A stretch of 64,000 nt of DNA, from positions 6,519-70,518 of the forward strand of contig CAZFWV010000002.1 of NCBI GenBank assembly GCA_964522605.1. The letters run 5' to 3'. The notes beneath the pieces were generated by a model. The model was not told the origin of the DNA. It made no database searches and saw only the letters and a program-made list of their open reading frames with translations. The position numbers and the translations under genes are program-made. This document shows positions 8,213 to 15,740 of the stretch, piece by piece (positions within the stretch are counted from its first letter, which is position 1; each line of letters begins with the position of its first letter). The DNA comes from an uncultured Pirellulaceae bacterium. GTDB taxonomy: Bacteria; Planctomycetota; Planctomycetia; Pirellulales; Pirellulaceae.

Positions 8213-8980
8213 GTGAAGGTGGAAGAGCTGTTTTCAATTCGAGGCAAGACTGCCTTAATCACCGGCGGTGGAGCCGGAATTGGCCGCGCGATCGCGTTGC
8301 TTTACGCCGAGGCAGGGGCCAACGTGGCTTGCACCGACCTGCGTCCCGAAGAGGCGGAGGAGGTGGCCGAGCGCTGCAGGGGATTTGGCGTTCCGTCCTT
8401 CGGCGCCAAGTTGGACGTGACGAACGAGGAAGAACGTGTAGCGGCGGTTGAACGCACTGTACTGACGTTTGGAAGGTTGGACTACTTGGTCAACAACGCG
8501 GGTGGTGGAGGCCCGAAACCGTTCGACATGCCGTTGCGAGACTTCGAATGGGCTTTTCAGCTCAACGTCTACTCCGTGTTTCGCCTATCGCAATTAGCGG
8601 TTCCCCATATGAAGCAGGCTGGTGGTGGAGCGATTGTCAACATCAGTTCGATGGCCGGTCAAAATAAGAACGAGAGAATGTGTTCCTACGGGGCTTCGAA
8701 GGCCGCTGTCGACCATCTGACGCGAAACATGGCATGCGACTTGGGGCCGGACAACATCCGAGTGAATGCGATCGCTCCTGGCGCCATTCGCACCGATGCG
8801 CTCGCATCGGTCTTGACCCCCGATATCGAGAAGGCGATGCTCAAGCACACGCCCCTTGGACGGTTGGGGGAGGGCCTGGATATTGCCGCGGCCGCGCTCT
8901 TCCTCGTGTCTCCCGCCTCCAGTTGGATCAGCGGACAAATCCTGACGGTCAGCGGTGGGGGTGTTCAGGAACTCGACTAG
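8213..8980 (+). CDS. SDR-family oxidoreductase, 7-alpha-hydroxysteroid dehydrogenase (HdhA)-like
   Basis: Motifs: TGGGAGIG Rossmann motif, NNAGGGGPKPFDMP, catalytic S...YGASK, and the C-terminal SGQILTVSGGGVQELD. It is collinear with my recollection of E. coli HdhA. GTG at 8213 gives 255 aa and follows an AAGGA-like site. ATG 8162 and the ORF-track start 7943 are in frame, but the extra residues have no SDR similarity. Confidence 0.85.
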   Translation: MKVEELFSIRGKTALITGGGAGIGRAIALLYAEAGANVACTDLRPEEAEEVAERCRGFGVPSFGAKLDVTNEEERVAAVERTVLTFGRLDYLVNNAGGGGPKPFDMPLRDFEWAFQLNVYSVFRLSQLAVPHMKQAGGGAIVNISSMAGQNKNERMCSYGASKAAVDHLTRNMACDLGPDNIRVNAIAPGAIRTDALASVLTPDIEKAMLKHTPLGRLGEGLDIAAAALFLVSPASSWISGQILTVSGGGVQELD

Positions 8981-9034
8981 TTGGGCCGATCGTTAAGTCC
9001 TCCGGCAGAAGTGTGACCGCTCCTCGGGTGCAAA

Positions 9035-9238
9035 ATGACCTCTTTCTCCTGTCCCCATTATGACGAACGTCGGGATGCGTGCCGACGAATCGGGGACGTG
9101 TGCGTGCCCGGCCGTCCCGGATGTGTCTTGTTCAAGAACTCCCAATTTGCGATCCCATGGCAGGAACGGCTGGAAGCCAGGCGGCGTTCGCAGCGTGAAG
9201 ACGAGTTTTGGCGGAGCGCCCCCGAAGACAATCGATGA
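9035..9238 (+). CDS. Small Cys-rich hypothetical protein (67 aa), first gene of the exporter operon
   Basis: MTSFSCPHYDERRDACRRIGDVCVPGRPGCVLF... has four Cys spaced C-x9-C-x6-C-x6-C. Its TGA (9236-9238) overlaps the ATG at 9235 of the HlyD gene, the same ATGA junction used by the next two gene pairs. Confidence 0.5.
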   Translation: MTSFSCPHYDERRDACRRIGDVCVPGRPGCVLFKNSQFAIPWQERLEARRRSQREDEFWRSAPEDNR

Positions 9239-10401
9239 TGATGATGATTACCTGGAATTCGTTTCGAAGTTGGATCTGGCGGCTTTTGAAAGCTGCTGCG
9301 GTGCTCGCCGCCGTGGTCGGCGTCGTCTACTGGGTGAAGTTCACACCCCTTCCGGTCATCGAACATCGAATCCTTCGCGGCCCGATCGTTGCGGAAGTGA
9401 TGGGGACCGGAACCCTGGAAGCTCGCGTCCAAGCGACGATCAGTCCCAAGATTTCCGGTCGAATTGGAGAAGTTCTTGTCGATCAGGGAGATCGAGTCTC
9501 CGCTGGAGAACTCCTGGTCCGGCTGGATGATCAGGAACTGCGCCAGCAGGTGGCCATCGCGCAGGCGAACCTGGAAGCGACGCAAGCAGGGATCGAAAGA
9601 TTGCAGGCGGACAAGCGGCGCGCTTCGGCGGTGTTGGAGCAATCACAAAAGACGCACGATCGCGTGCAGTCGCTGATCGAGCGGAAGGCCGCGAGTCAGG
9701 ATGACCTGGACAAGGCGATTGAAGCCTTGTCGATTGCCGTCGCCGGAGTGTCGCAGACGGAGGCTGCCATTACCGAGGGCCAGAAGGAGCAAGTTGCCGC
9801 CCAGCGGACACTCGAATACCACCAGGCCCGCTTAAACGACACCGAGATCCGAGCTCCCTTTGATGGATTGGTTGTCAAGCGAAGTCGAGAAGCGGGCGAC
9901 GTCGTGGTCCCTGGCAGTTCCATGCTGACGCTGATCTCCACCGATGAATTGTGGATTCGGGCCTGGGTCGACGAGACGGAAATGGCAAGGCTGCAGGCGG
10001 GACAATCCGCCCGGGTTGTATTTCGATCCGAACCTGACCGATCATATCGTGGCACGGTCATTCGCCTGGGTCGGGAAGCGGATCGAGAGACGCGGGAGTT
10101 CATTGTCGATGTCCGGGTGCTGGAACTGCCTACGAATTGGGCGGTTGGACAGCGTGCCGAGGCATTCATCGAAGTGGCGCGAAAGGATGACGTCGTTCTT
10201 CTGCCTGCGGAACTTGTGGTCAATCGCGACGGTGAAGCGGGAGTGTTTTTGGATGACAAGGGCGTTGCCGCGTGGCGACCGTTGACGTTTGGTCTTCGAA
10301 ATCGAGCTGTAGTCGAAGTGCCTGAGGGCCTACAGGCAGGTGACATGGTGATCCAGCCACGGGAATCGCTAAGCGATGGCAGACGGGTGCGAGTGCGATG
10401 A
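9235..10401 (+). CDS. HlyD-family periplasmic adaptor (membrane fusion protein) of a MacA/DevB type
   Basis: It has an N-terminal TM helix (LLKAAAVLAAVVGVVYWV), a lipoyl-like GRIGEVLVDQGDRVSAGELLVRLD, a long coiled-coil hairpin and a beta-barrel (IRAPFDGLVV). The ORF track starts it at 9208; ATG 9235 (MMMMITW) is preferred because of the ATGA overlap. Confidence 0.9.
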   Translation: MMMMITWNSFRSWIWRLLKAAAVLAAVVGVVYWVKFTPLPVIEHRILRGPIVAEVMGTGTLEARVQATISPKISGRIGEVLVDQGDRVSAGELLVRLDDQELRQQVAIAQANLEATQAGIERLQADKRRASAVLEQSQKTHDRVQSLIERKAASQDDLDKAIEALSIAVAGVSQTEAAITEGQKEQVAAQRTLEYHQARLNDTEIRAPFDGLVVKRSREAGDVVVPGSSMLTLISTDELWIRAWVDETEMARLQAGQSARVVFRSEPDRSYRGTVIRLGREADRETREFIVDVRVLELPTNWAVGQRAEAFIEVARKDDVVLLPAELVVNRDGEAGVFLDDKGVAAWRPLTFGLRNRAVVEVPEGLQAGDMVIQPRESLSDGRRVRVR

Positions 10402-11609
10402 ATCTCGCAACGAAAGATATCCGCCACAACCTGGGGCGATTTGTCCTGACCGCCGTCGGCATTGGAATGTTGCTCATGATTGTCATGGGCATGGGGGGCA
10501 TCTATCGGGGCATCGTGGAAGATGCCACGCTGCTGGTGGATCGCATCGGGGCCGACCTGTGGATCGTGCAGCGCAGCACGCGCGGTCCGTTCGCGGAAAT
10601 GTCACGTGTCCCGCCGAATCTCGTCCATCGAGCGTACGCAGTCCCAGGGGTCGCCACAGCCCGGGAGTTCGTGTACCACACGATTCAACGCGAACGAAAC
10701 GGCAACGCGCTGCGGATGGCGGTTCTGGGACTCAGTTGGCCCGTTGACCAAGGTGCATGGGTGCCCCTCACGGCGGGACGATCGCTTGGGCAGGCCCATT
10801 TCGAAATGATCGCCGATGAGTCACTTGGACTAACGGTCGGTCAGCAACTGACGCTTGGCAACGAGACCTACACGGTCGTGGGAACCACGCGCAACATGAT
10901 CAGCTCCAACGGGGACGGTGTTGCCTTCGTCACCGTGGCGGATGCGCAGGCCATTCAATTTGAGTTGCCCGGGGAGGCGATTCGACTGGAACGCGGATCT
11001 CGGGAAGCGCGGGGTCGGCAGTTCGAACTTGCGATTCAGCAGCCGTTCATGCTCGACAACGCCTCGAAGCCTTCCAGCGAACTTCCCGCCATCGCGCGGC
11101 CCCAGATTAGTGCCGTCATGGTGACACTCATTCCGGGCACCGATGTGAATCAGGTCGCCCAAATCATCGCGGGCTGGGGGGATGTTTCGGTTTTCACCAA
11201 GAACGGGCAGCGCGAGTTGCTGCTGAAAGGATCGGTGGAGAAAATCCGTCGGCAGATCGGCCTGTTTCGCGTGTTGCTCACGATCATCGCAGCCATCATC
11301 ATGGCTCTGATTCTGTATACTCTGACGCTCGATAAAATCCACTCGATCGCCCTGCTCAAGCTGATCGGCGCTCCGAACCGGGTGATCCTCGGCCTGATTC
11401 TGCAGCAGGCCTTGATCCTGGGTGCGGTCGGATTTGGAATCGCCTATGCCATCGGTCAACGAGTGTTTCCGCGATTTCCTCGCCGCGTGATCCTGACCGA
11501 CTCGGATTTGATTCAACTGGCGATCATTGTGTTGGTGATTTCCGTGGTCTCAAGTCTGCTTGGAATCTGGAAGGCAATGCAGGTTTCGCCCAACGAGGCC
11601 TTGTCATGA
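10398..11609 (+). CDS. ABC transporter permease, FtsX/MacB-type (DevC-like)
   Basis: 403 aa with TM1 (FVLTAVGIGMLLMIVMG), a ~230-aa periplasmic domain, and three C-terminal TM helices with the FtsX-like LKLIGA motif. The ATGA overlap with the upstream gene is at 10398-10401. Confidence 0.9.
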   Translation: MNLATKDIRHNLGRFVLTAVGIGMLLMIVMGMGGIYRGIVEDATLLVDRIGADLWIVQRSTRGPFAEMSRVPPNLVHRAYAVPGVATAREFVYHTIQRERNGNALRMAVLGLSWPVDQGAWVPLTAGRSLGQAHFEMIADESLGLTVGQQLTLGNETYTVVGTTRNMISSNGDGVAFVTVADAQAIQFELPGEAIRLERGSREARGRQFELAIQQPFMLDNASKPSSELPAIARPQISAVMVTLIPGTDVNQVAQIIAGWGDVSVFTKNGQRELLLKGSVEKIRRQIGLFRVLLTIIAAIIMALILYTLTLDKIHSIALLKLIGAPNRVILGLILQQALILGAVGFGIAYAIGQRVFPRFPRRVILTDSDLIQLAIIVLVISVVSSLLGIWKAMQVSPNEALS

Positions 11610-12333
11610 ACGATTCCGACCGATCGCTATTTGCCATTGCGGCCGAAGGACTGACGAAGATCTACGGTAGTGGTAACACCGAGGTGGTGGCGCTGCGCGA
11701 TGCCACCTTGACCGTGAAGAAAGGAGAAGTGGTCGCCCTCCTCGGGCCAAGTGGCTCCGGCAAATCAACGTTCCTGACTGCCGTGGGCCTCATTAATCCA
11801 CCCACAGCGGGTCGAATCACCATCCGAGGCCAACTGGTTCTTGAGGGCGAGCGGCCGTATGCCGACCTTCGTTCGTTTCGTCGTCGTCACATCGGCTTCG
11901 TGTTTCAGAAATCGAATCTGATCCCGTTTCTTTCCGCGGTGGAAAACGTGCGGATTGCGCTCGAGCTGAACGGGGAGTCGGTACGAATGTCGCGTCGCCG
12001 CGCCCTCGAGCTGATGGACTATTTGGGAGTCAGTGACCGGGCGGACAGTTTTCCGTCCATGCTCTCCGGTGGACAGCAGCAACGCGTAGCGGTTGCGCGC
12101 GCCCTGGCGAACCGGCCCAGTGTGATTCTGGCCGACGAGCCCACTGCCGCACTCGACAGTTATCGAGGTCGACAGGTGATGGAGCTGTTCTGCAAAGTCG
12201 CGCATGAACAAGGGGCCGGTGTGATCGTCGTGACCCATGACCATCGGGCGCTGGATGTGTTTGACACCATCTATGAAATGGAGGACGGCGTCATGCGGCA
12301 GCACGAAGCCAACACGGGAGGAGAAGTCAGCCA

Positions 12334-12349
<16 letters not shown>
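11606..12349 (+). CDS. ABC transporter ATP-binding protein (MacB/LolD/DevA-like)
   Basis: Walker [10 protein letters not shown]-loop, signature [15 protein letters not shown], Walker B VILADEPT and H-loop VTHD. The ATGA overlap is at 11606-11609. Confidence 0.95.
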
Positions 12350-12509
<160 letters not shown>

Positions 12510-12666
12510 GATCGACGCGCCGTCACGCATCTTTGTTGCCATACCAGCCAATGCGTTCTACCTGCGGTTTACGGCCGAATCCGCTGGGACTTCGTCATGA
12601 GACGTCTCCGCTTTTCAAGACGCAGTAATGGACAGTAATAGCCGGATGCCCCAGAGTGATCGCAAT

Positions 12667-15021
12667 TCATCTGACTGCCTTCAGCTCGACGACCGTTCGT
12701 CGGTCACCGCTTGCGATGACGCGGTGAATGCTCAGTTCATGGCGGTCGGTTGCAGTGGCGATGGGAAGCCAGGGGCGTATTGACCGGAGTAGTGCCAGAT
12801 GTTGGACCATAGTGGTGTCATCGACGCCGCCTCGATCCTCCAACGGGCCGACGCCCAACTTGGATTTGGCCGGATCGGGATGATCACCAACGTTATCGAG
12901 GAAATCGAAACCCTCCGGTGAGGCGTCTCTGTTACTCGTATTGATGTTTGAGCCGATCAGACCACCGCGGGCCCGAGGTTGCGTCATATTTCGCCATACG
13001 GTGTCGGCGGTTGTGCCAGGCTTCTGCACCCAGAACTGGTTGTTCAGCGCCAACACACTTGCGCGACTGCCGTCGCCACGCAGCTCGAACCGGCACGTTT
13101 CCTCGGTTTCGACGGGCATCAACATGCAGGTGGCGAGCGTGAACATGCCTTCGAAGCTGTCGGCTGCGACGGTGGGTGCTGCTTCGCTGGTCGCGTACGA
13201 GAATCGTGTGGCGTCAATCGACAGGTTGCCGCTGCCCGTCAGATGCAGGCCGTTGAGTGAATCGGAACTTCGTTCGTGGTAGACGCCTCGCACCAGAAGT
13301 TGACCGCCTTGTTTCACATTGTATTGGCCGGCGGCCGTGCCCGTCGCTCCCGTGAAGACGGCAACGGTTCCGTCCAAACCGAGCTGCTCGTCGAATGGGC
13401 GAGGATCGGGCTCAGAAGAAACGCCACCGCTTTCGCGACCAACGACCTCCACCCACGTGCCGCCATTGCCGCTGCCTTGCAGCGCGCGGAATTGGACCGC
13501 CGCATTCTCGAATCCGACGACGCGCACGGCAGCAGTCCGACCCTGAGTCTGTGTTGCGGGGCCATTCGCATTCAGTTGATCGACAAAGATGCGATCGCCG
13601 TGCCGGTCGGGAGCTTCAACCAGGATTGCGGCAGCCGAGCGACCTTGAATATGCAAATCGCGAATGCTGGCCTTGCTTGGCCCCTCAATTCGTAGCAGCA
13701 CACCGTCGTCCGCTCCGGTCCACTCCAGACGCGTAGCGATCTCGCTTGCGCCGTCGCCTACAAGTTGAAGGTCACAACCACGCGGGATAACCAGCGTACG
13801 GTCGATCTTGTAGGCTCCCATGGGCAGATGAACGACAGGGCGCCCGCCGGCCAATGCGGCGGCTTTGTCGATTGCCTGTTGGATTGCCATCGCGTCGGCG
13901 GCGGACGGTAGCTCGAAGACCTCGCGCTGTTGTCGCGGAGGAGTTGGGGGTAGTGTCGGAAGCGATCCCGATATTTCATCCGGGGCGACAACCTTCTCAT
14001 CGATGCGCCGAAAGCGGCCGCGCTCTTCCACAGCGTCTTCCCTGGAATAGACGTTGCCCACCAACGTCTGATCTGCCCACGTCATGCGGATGCCGCGCGA
14101 TGTCTCGCCCAACCGCAGCACGTTGTCGACCACCAAATACGGACCGGCGTTGTCCAGCAACATCGCCCACTTGCCGGTCGGGTCAATCACACGGTTGCCG
14201 CTAATGCTGGTGGGTGCGCCCCACGTATGGCCGCTGCTGAAATCAAGGAAGCATCTTGACTCGACACTCGTGTTGTTGACCACCGAGAAGGCCATCAGAT
14301 TCTCGATGCTGACGTCCGAGACCTTGGACCGCACAAACAGGTTTTCCCAGGCGTGCCAGTTGCCCATCACGTTGTGAATGCCACGGCCACAGTCCTCGAA
14401 TCGACAATACCACACCCAAATGTCCATCGAGTTCCAGTTGACCGTTTGGATGCCAACGTCACACCGAAAGAACTGGCAACGCAGTACTTCGTTTTCGGCT
14501 TGACCCGCAGATTCGGGCCAGCCGAAGACAATACCGTTTGTTGCGTCGCGGCAAACCAGGTCGCTGGTCTCGTTGTACGTCGAAAATCGGGGGCCGTAGC
14601 GCACGCACGTGCCGGCACGGCTCATGCCATCGAACGTCAGCCGTGAGAGCTTTGCGTACCAAGCATCCCACTGGAGCATCGTTCCCTCGTCGGGCCCGTC
14701 CCATTTGAGGATCACGGTCGACGGGTCCTCTCCAACAACCGTGACCATGTTGTCTTGATGAGCTTGGCGAGCCGTCCGAAGCGTTTGCGTTATTCGATAC
14801 GTTCCAGCCGGTAGGTATAGCACACATGCTTTTTTATGCTCGCGAATGTCGTCGAGCGCGCGCTGCAGGGCGATCGTGTCGTCGGTCGTTCCATCGCCGA
14901 CCGCGCCGTAGTCTCGCTGAACGTCCAGCCAGCTTGCGAAGGGACCAACGAATTCCTCCGCCGAAAAGACCACTGTCGGCAGCGCAACACTCACCAACAG
15001 ACACGCGGCAATGCAGAACAT
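12667..15021 (-). CDS. Secreted right-handed beta-helix protein, pectate-lyase-superfamily / GH55-like (two beta-helix modules)
   Basis: It has a signal peptide (MFCIAACLLVSVALPTVVFSAEE) and the hallmark DYGAVGDGTTDDTIALQRALD...LYLPAGTYRI. A second module begins with VVHLPMGAYKIDRTLVIP. Confidence 0.8.
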   Translation of the reverse strand: MFCIAACLLVSVALPTVVFSAEEFVGPFASWLDVQRDYGAVGDGTTDDTIALQRALDDIREHKKACVLYLPAGTYRITQTLRTARQAHQDNMVTVVGEDPSTVILKWDGPDEGTMLQWDAWYAKLSRLTFDGMSRAGTCVRYGPRFSTYNETSDLVCRDATNGIVFGWPESAGQAENEVLRCQFFRCDVGIQTVNWNSMDIWVWYCRFEDCGRGIHNVMGNWHAWENLFVRSKVSDVSIENLMAFSVVNNTSVESRCFLDFSSGHTWGAPTSISGNRVIDPTGKWAMLLDNAGPYLVVDNVLRLGETSRGIRMTWADQTLVGNVYSREDAVEERGRFRRIDEKVVAPDEISGSLPTLPPTPPRQQREVFELPSAADAMAIQQAIDKAAALAGGRPVVHLPMGAYKIDRTLVIPRGCDLQLVGDGASEIATRLEWTGADDGVLLRIEGPSKASIRDLHIQGRSAAAILVEAPDRHGDRIFVDQLNANGPATQTQGRTAAVRVVGFENAAVQFRALQGSGNGGTWVEVVGRESGGVSSEPDPRPFDEQLGLDGTVAVFTGATGTAAGQYNVKQGGQLLVRGVYHERSSDSLNGLHLTGSGNLSIDATRFSYATSEAAPTVAADSFEGMFTLATCMLMPVETEETCRFELRGDGSRASVLALNNQFWVQKPGTTADTVWRNMTQPRARGGLIGSNINTSNRDASPEGFDFLDNVGDHPDPAKSKLGVGPLEDRGGVDDTTMVQHLALLRSIRPWLPIATATDRHELSIHRVIASGDRRTVVELKAVR

Positions 15022-15132
15022 GGTTCATCGACTCCCGGTCTGACGGTCTTCGTTCGACACGGCGATGGATGTTGGTATTATGCTGTTCTCGGTTTTGCGA
15101 GTTTGATCTATTCGGGTTATCAGCTTCCGAGA

Positions 15133-15669
15133 TCAAGCAGACTCAACAGGATTCGTTCGGCCACGGGGTCGTACAACGATCTCCAAGTCATCGAGGCGCT
15201 CGGTGCCGGTCGGTGTAACACGGACCCTCACCCGGCCGCCGGCCAAATCCGGCAGCGCTAGCACCCACTTCATGTAGGCTGAGTTCGCGATGCGATTCCA
15301 ACGCAGCACGGCCATGCTTTCAGCCTGAGCACCAGTGACGTTGAAGTTCCTGCGTACCCAGAAGATCTTTGCCTGGTTTGCCACTTCCTGGTTCCACTTC
15401 ATGAACGGCCCGGGAAGTGTCACTTGCTGCCAGGCCATTGTTCTCTGACCGGCCGGCGACTCAGCGTGTTCACTGCCATCTCCTCGTGCGAATTCCCATG
15501 GGCCGTTGAGGAGAATTGAATTCTCGCGGGCGCCTTCCTGCTCTCGGGCCTGCAATGCAGAGCATCCCAGCCCAATCACCAGGAAACAAACGGCTCTTGT
15601 CAAATACGTCACTGTTGTGTCTCCACGTTGAAGCAGATAGCAGCGCGCTATGGACGGCGGCCTAGCCAA
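15133..15669 (-). CDS. Small secreted protein resembling a GH2 N-terminal sugar-binding (galactose-binding-like) domain; possibly a remnant
   Basis: ILLNGPWEFARGDG...WQQVTLPGPF...IFWVRRNFNVTGAQAESMAVLRWNRIANSA follows the GH2_N pattern (L-G-W-F ... W-x-x-V-x-V-P ... W-Y-R-x-F). The ORF stops after one domain. A GTG at 15612 preceding the signal-like TYLTRAVCFLVIGLGCSALQA is a likelier start than the TTG at 15669. Confidence 0.4.
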   Translation of the reverse strand: MARPPSIARCYLLQRGDTTVTYLTRAVCFLVIGLGCSALQAREQEGARENSILLNGPWEFARGDGSEHAESPAGQRTMAWQQVTLPGPFMKWNQEVANQAKIFWVRRNFNVTGAQAESMAVLRWNRIANSAYMKWVLALPDLAGGRVRVRVTPTGTERLDDLEIVVRPRGRTNPVESA

Positions 15670-15740
15670 TTTGTCAGGAGGACCTATGGCAGTCCGGCAT
15701 TCATCGATTTCGCGTTGCTTCTTGAGGATCTTTGACCGCG

